From Mucisphaera calidilacus (GTDB taxonomy: Bacteria; Planctomycetota; Phycisphaerae; Phycisphaerales; Phycisphaeraceae), in the NCBI RefSeq assembly GCF_007748075.1, contig NZ_CP036280.1, forward strand, positions 1,110,001-1,142,000: 32,000 nucleotides of DNA, in the 5' to 3' direction. This document shows, piece after piece, positions 30,400-32,000 of this stretch. A model generated the notes under the pieces. That model saw nothing but the letters and a program-made list of their open reading frames with translations. It did not search any database and had not been told where the DNA came from. Position numbers and translations under genes: made by a program. Numbering within the stretch: position 1 is the first letter of the stretch; each line of letters begins with the position of its first letter.

Positions 30400-31551
30400 A
30401 TGACCCGCGAGACCGGCACATACCGAGCGAGCACCTACCACGACGAGACCGTCAAGGCGTTCGTGCCGCACCCGCTGCCCCCGGCGAACCCGCCCTTGAC
30501 GGTCGAAGGCGACCTTGCCGAGCGCCACGCCGCGGCGGCGGAAGCCATCAGCCGGCTCCGTGTCGCCGGGGCGATGGTGCCTGACCCGGGCTGGTTCCTT
30601 TACGGTTTTGTCCGCAAGGAGGCCGTGCTGTCGTCGCAGATCGAGGGCACCCAGGCGACGCTCCGCGATGTTGCCACGTTCGAGGCGACCAGCAGCACGG
30701 ACCGACCCGACGACGTCGAGGAGGTCTGCAACTACGTCGATGGCCTTCGCCACGCCCGCTCTGCGATCATCGATCCCGCCGGCCTGCCACTGAGCACGCG
30801 GCTGCTGTGTGACGTGCACCGCATCCTCATGCGTGGTGTTCGAGGCGCGGACAAACTCCCCGGCGAGATTCGACGCAGTCAGAACTGGATTGGTGGCTCG
30901 CGCCCCGGCAACGCCCGCTTTGTCCCCCCGCCTCACGAAGAGGTTGCGCCGGCGCTCGCGGCCCTCGAGAAGTGGGTGCACTCCGACGACCCGCTGCCGC
31001 CGTTGGTGAAAGCCGGGCTGGCGCACGTGCAGTTCGAGACGATCCACCCGTTTCTCGACGGCAACGGCCGCATCGGTCGCATGCTCGTCACGCTGCTCGT
31101 TGAGCACTGGGGCCTGCTGGATCAGCCGCTGTTGTACCTGAGCGTCGCGTTTAAACGTCGCCAGCAGGCGTACTACACGCACCTCGCCGCCGTACGCACC
31201 GAGGGCGACTGGGAGGGATGGACCGCGTTCTTTCTTGACTGTGTTGCGGATGCCGCCAACGACGGCGTCCGCATCGCACAGGCGATTCACGAACTGACGC
31301 ATCGCGATCGTGAGCGTGTCGTGAGGCACGACCGAGCGACCATCGCGGCGGTGCAGCTTCTCGATCGCCTGCCATCGACCCCGGTCCTCACGGTCCCGAA
31401 GGCGCGTGAGCTGCTCGGCATCACCGCGCCGCCCGCACGCAAGGCCGTCGATCTGCTGGAGCAACTCGGCGTGCTCCGCGAGACCACCGGCAAGCAGCGT
31501 GATCGTGTCTACGCCTACCACGCCTACCTTGAACTGTTGACCGAGTCGTAG
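30400..31551 (+). CDS. Fic-family protein (AMPylase-type) with an intramolecular inhibitory motif and a C-terminal wHTH
   Basis: 383 aa. Canonical Fic motif HPFLDGNGRIGR. N-terminal SSQIEG fits the (S/T)xxxE(G/N) inhibitory helix. C-terminal ...ARELLGITAPPARKAVDLLEQLGVL... is a winged helix. Confidence 0.9.
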   Translation: MTRETGTYRASTYHDETVKAFVPHPLPPANPPLTVEGDLAERHAAAAEAISRLRVAGAMVPDPGWFLYGFVRKEAVLSSQIEGTQATLRDVATFEATSSTDRPDDVEEVCNYVDGLRHARSAIIDPAGLPLSTRLLCDVHRILMRGVRGADKLPGEIRRSQNWIGGSRPGNARFVPPPHEEVAPALAALEKWVHSDDPLPPLVKAGLAHVQFETIHPFLDGNGRIGRMLVTLLVEHWGLLDQPLLYLSVAFKRRQQAYYTHLAAVRTEGDWEGWTAFFLDCVADAANDGVRIAQAIHELTHRDRERVVRHDRATIAAVQLLDRLPSTPVLTVPKARELLGITAPPARKAVDLLEQLGVLRETTGKQRDRVYAYHAYLELLTES

Positions 31552-31556
31552 CCTCA

Positions 31557-32000
31557 TCAGTCGGCGCTCTCGTCATCGGTCAGGGTTGTCTTAGTCCCGG
31601 CGATCCGCTTCGCCTTCCGCCCCGTGAACTTCTCCCAGCGCTCGACGATCACGTCGCAGTAGGCCGGGTCCAGTTCCATCAGGAAGGCCCGCCGCCCGGT
31701 CTGCTCGCAGCCGATGAGCGTTGAACCACTGCCGCCAAAGAGATCGAGTACGGTCTGGCCCGGCAACGACGAGTACTGGATCGAGCGGACCGCCAGCTCA
31801 ACCGGCTTCTCGGTCAGGTGGACCATGCTCTGCGGGTTGACCTTCTTGACGTGCCACAGGTCGGTGGCGTTGTTGGGGCCGTAGAACTCGTGCCCCGCGC
31901 CCTCGCGCCAGCCGTAGAAGCAGATCTCGAACGCGCCCATGAAGTCCTTACGGGTGAGCACCGGGTGCTGCTTGTCCCAGACAATGCCCTGGCTGAAGTA
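31557..32000 (-). CDS. DNA methyltransferase (N6/N4 MTase family), partial; the N-terminus lies beyond the window end
   Basis: The frame is open to the window edge (...VWDKQHPVLTRKDFMGAF...). Motifs HLTEKPVEL and VLDLFGGSGSTLIGCEQTGRRAFLMELDPAYCDV are typical of N6_N4_Mtase enzymes. Confidence 0.8.
   Translation of the reverse strand, partial: YFSQGIVWDKQHPVLTRKDFMGAFEICFYGWREGAGHEFYGPNNATDLWHVKKVNPQSMVHLTEKPVELAVRSIQYSSLPGQTVLDLFGGSGSTLIGCEQTGRRAFLMELDPAYCDVIVERWEKFTGRKAKRIAGTKTTLTDDESAD

Noticed and set aside
28741-31557. Very long 938-aa minus-strand ORF spanning the accessory region
   Set aside because: It runs antisense to five plus-strand genes that have good RBSs, terminators and unmistakable motifs (Fic HPFLDGNGRIGR, HARE-HTH-like). 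Its composition is Arg/Gly/Ala-rich, as is typical of antisense frames in high-GC DNA.

Overview
High-GC (~65%) bacterial chromosome segment. The prepilin-type N-terminus [17 protein letters not shown], the PEP-CTERM sorting tails and the dockerin-like repeats suggest Planctomycetota (Phycisphaerae-like); this is inference only. All calls rest on motifs read by eye from the ORF track and sequence; no searches were run.

The window has three parts:

1. **1-9.85 kb, LacI-regulated glycan-degradation locus.** It holds two GH30-like hydrolases, one GH5-like hydrolase with a ConA-like C-terminal domain, two secreted CBM-like PEP-CTERM proteins and a pseudopilin-like protein. A transposase remnant lies on its left edge.
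2. **9.98-12.05 kb, an IS graveyard.** It contains a degraded IS3-type end, a gdhA gene cut after codon 68 by an intact 1.26-kb IS3-family element, and the C-terminal stub of an IS5-family transposase.
3. **12.09-32 kb, a siphovirus-like prophage on the minus strand.** Its late region runs TerS-like, TerL, portal, protease-scaffold-capsid fusion, DUF2190, connector genes, major tail, G/GT chaperone, tape measure and distal tail genes. A divergent plus-strand accessory operon follows (three small unknowns, a HARE-HTH-like protein, a Fic protein), then a convergent DNA methyltransferase that runs off the window.

The most unusual signal is not a gene. The 9-mer TTCCGGGGG occurs in at least 19 exact copies, with further near copies. 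Most sit in short tandem arrays with 9/12/15-bp periods, on both strands and only between 17.9 and 30.0 kb, mostly at gene or domain boundaries. Across sites the motif is read in all three frames of both strands, giving six different peptide readouts. That argues for a nucleic-acid-level element, and most arrays also fit a G-quadruplex pattern.

Secondary points of interest:
- two membrane proteins inserted between the tail chaperone and the tape measure
- an orphan AbrB-type antitoxin moron
- a duplicated TerS-like wHTH
- a 234-bp lower-GC gap in the otherwise tightly coupled late operon
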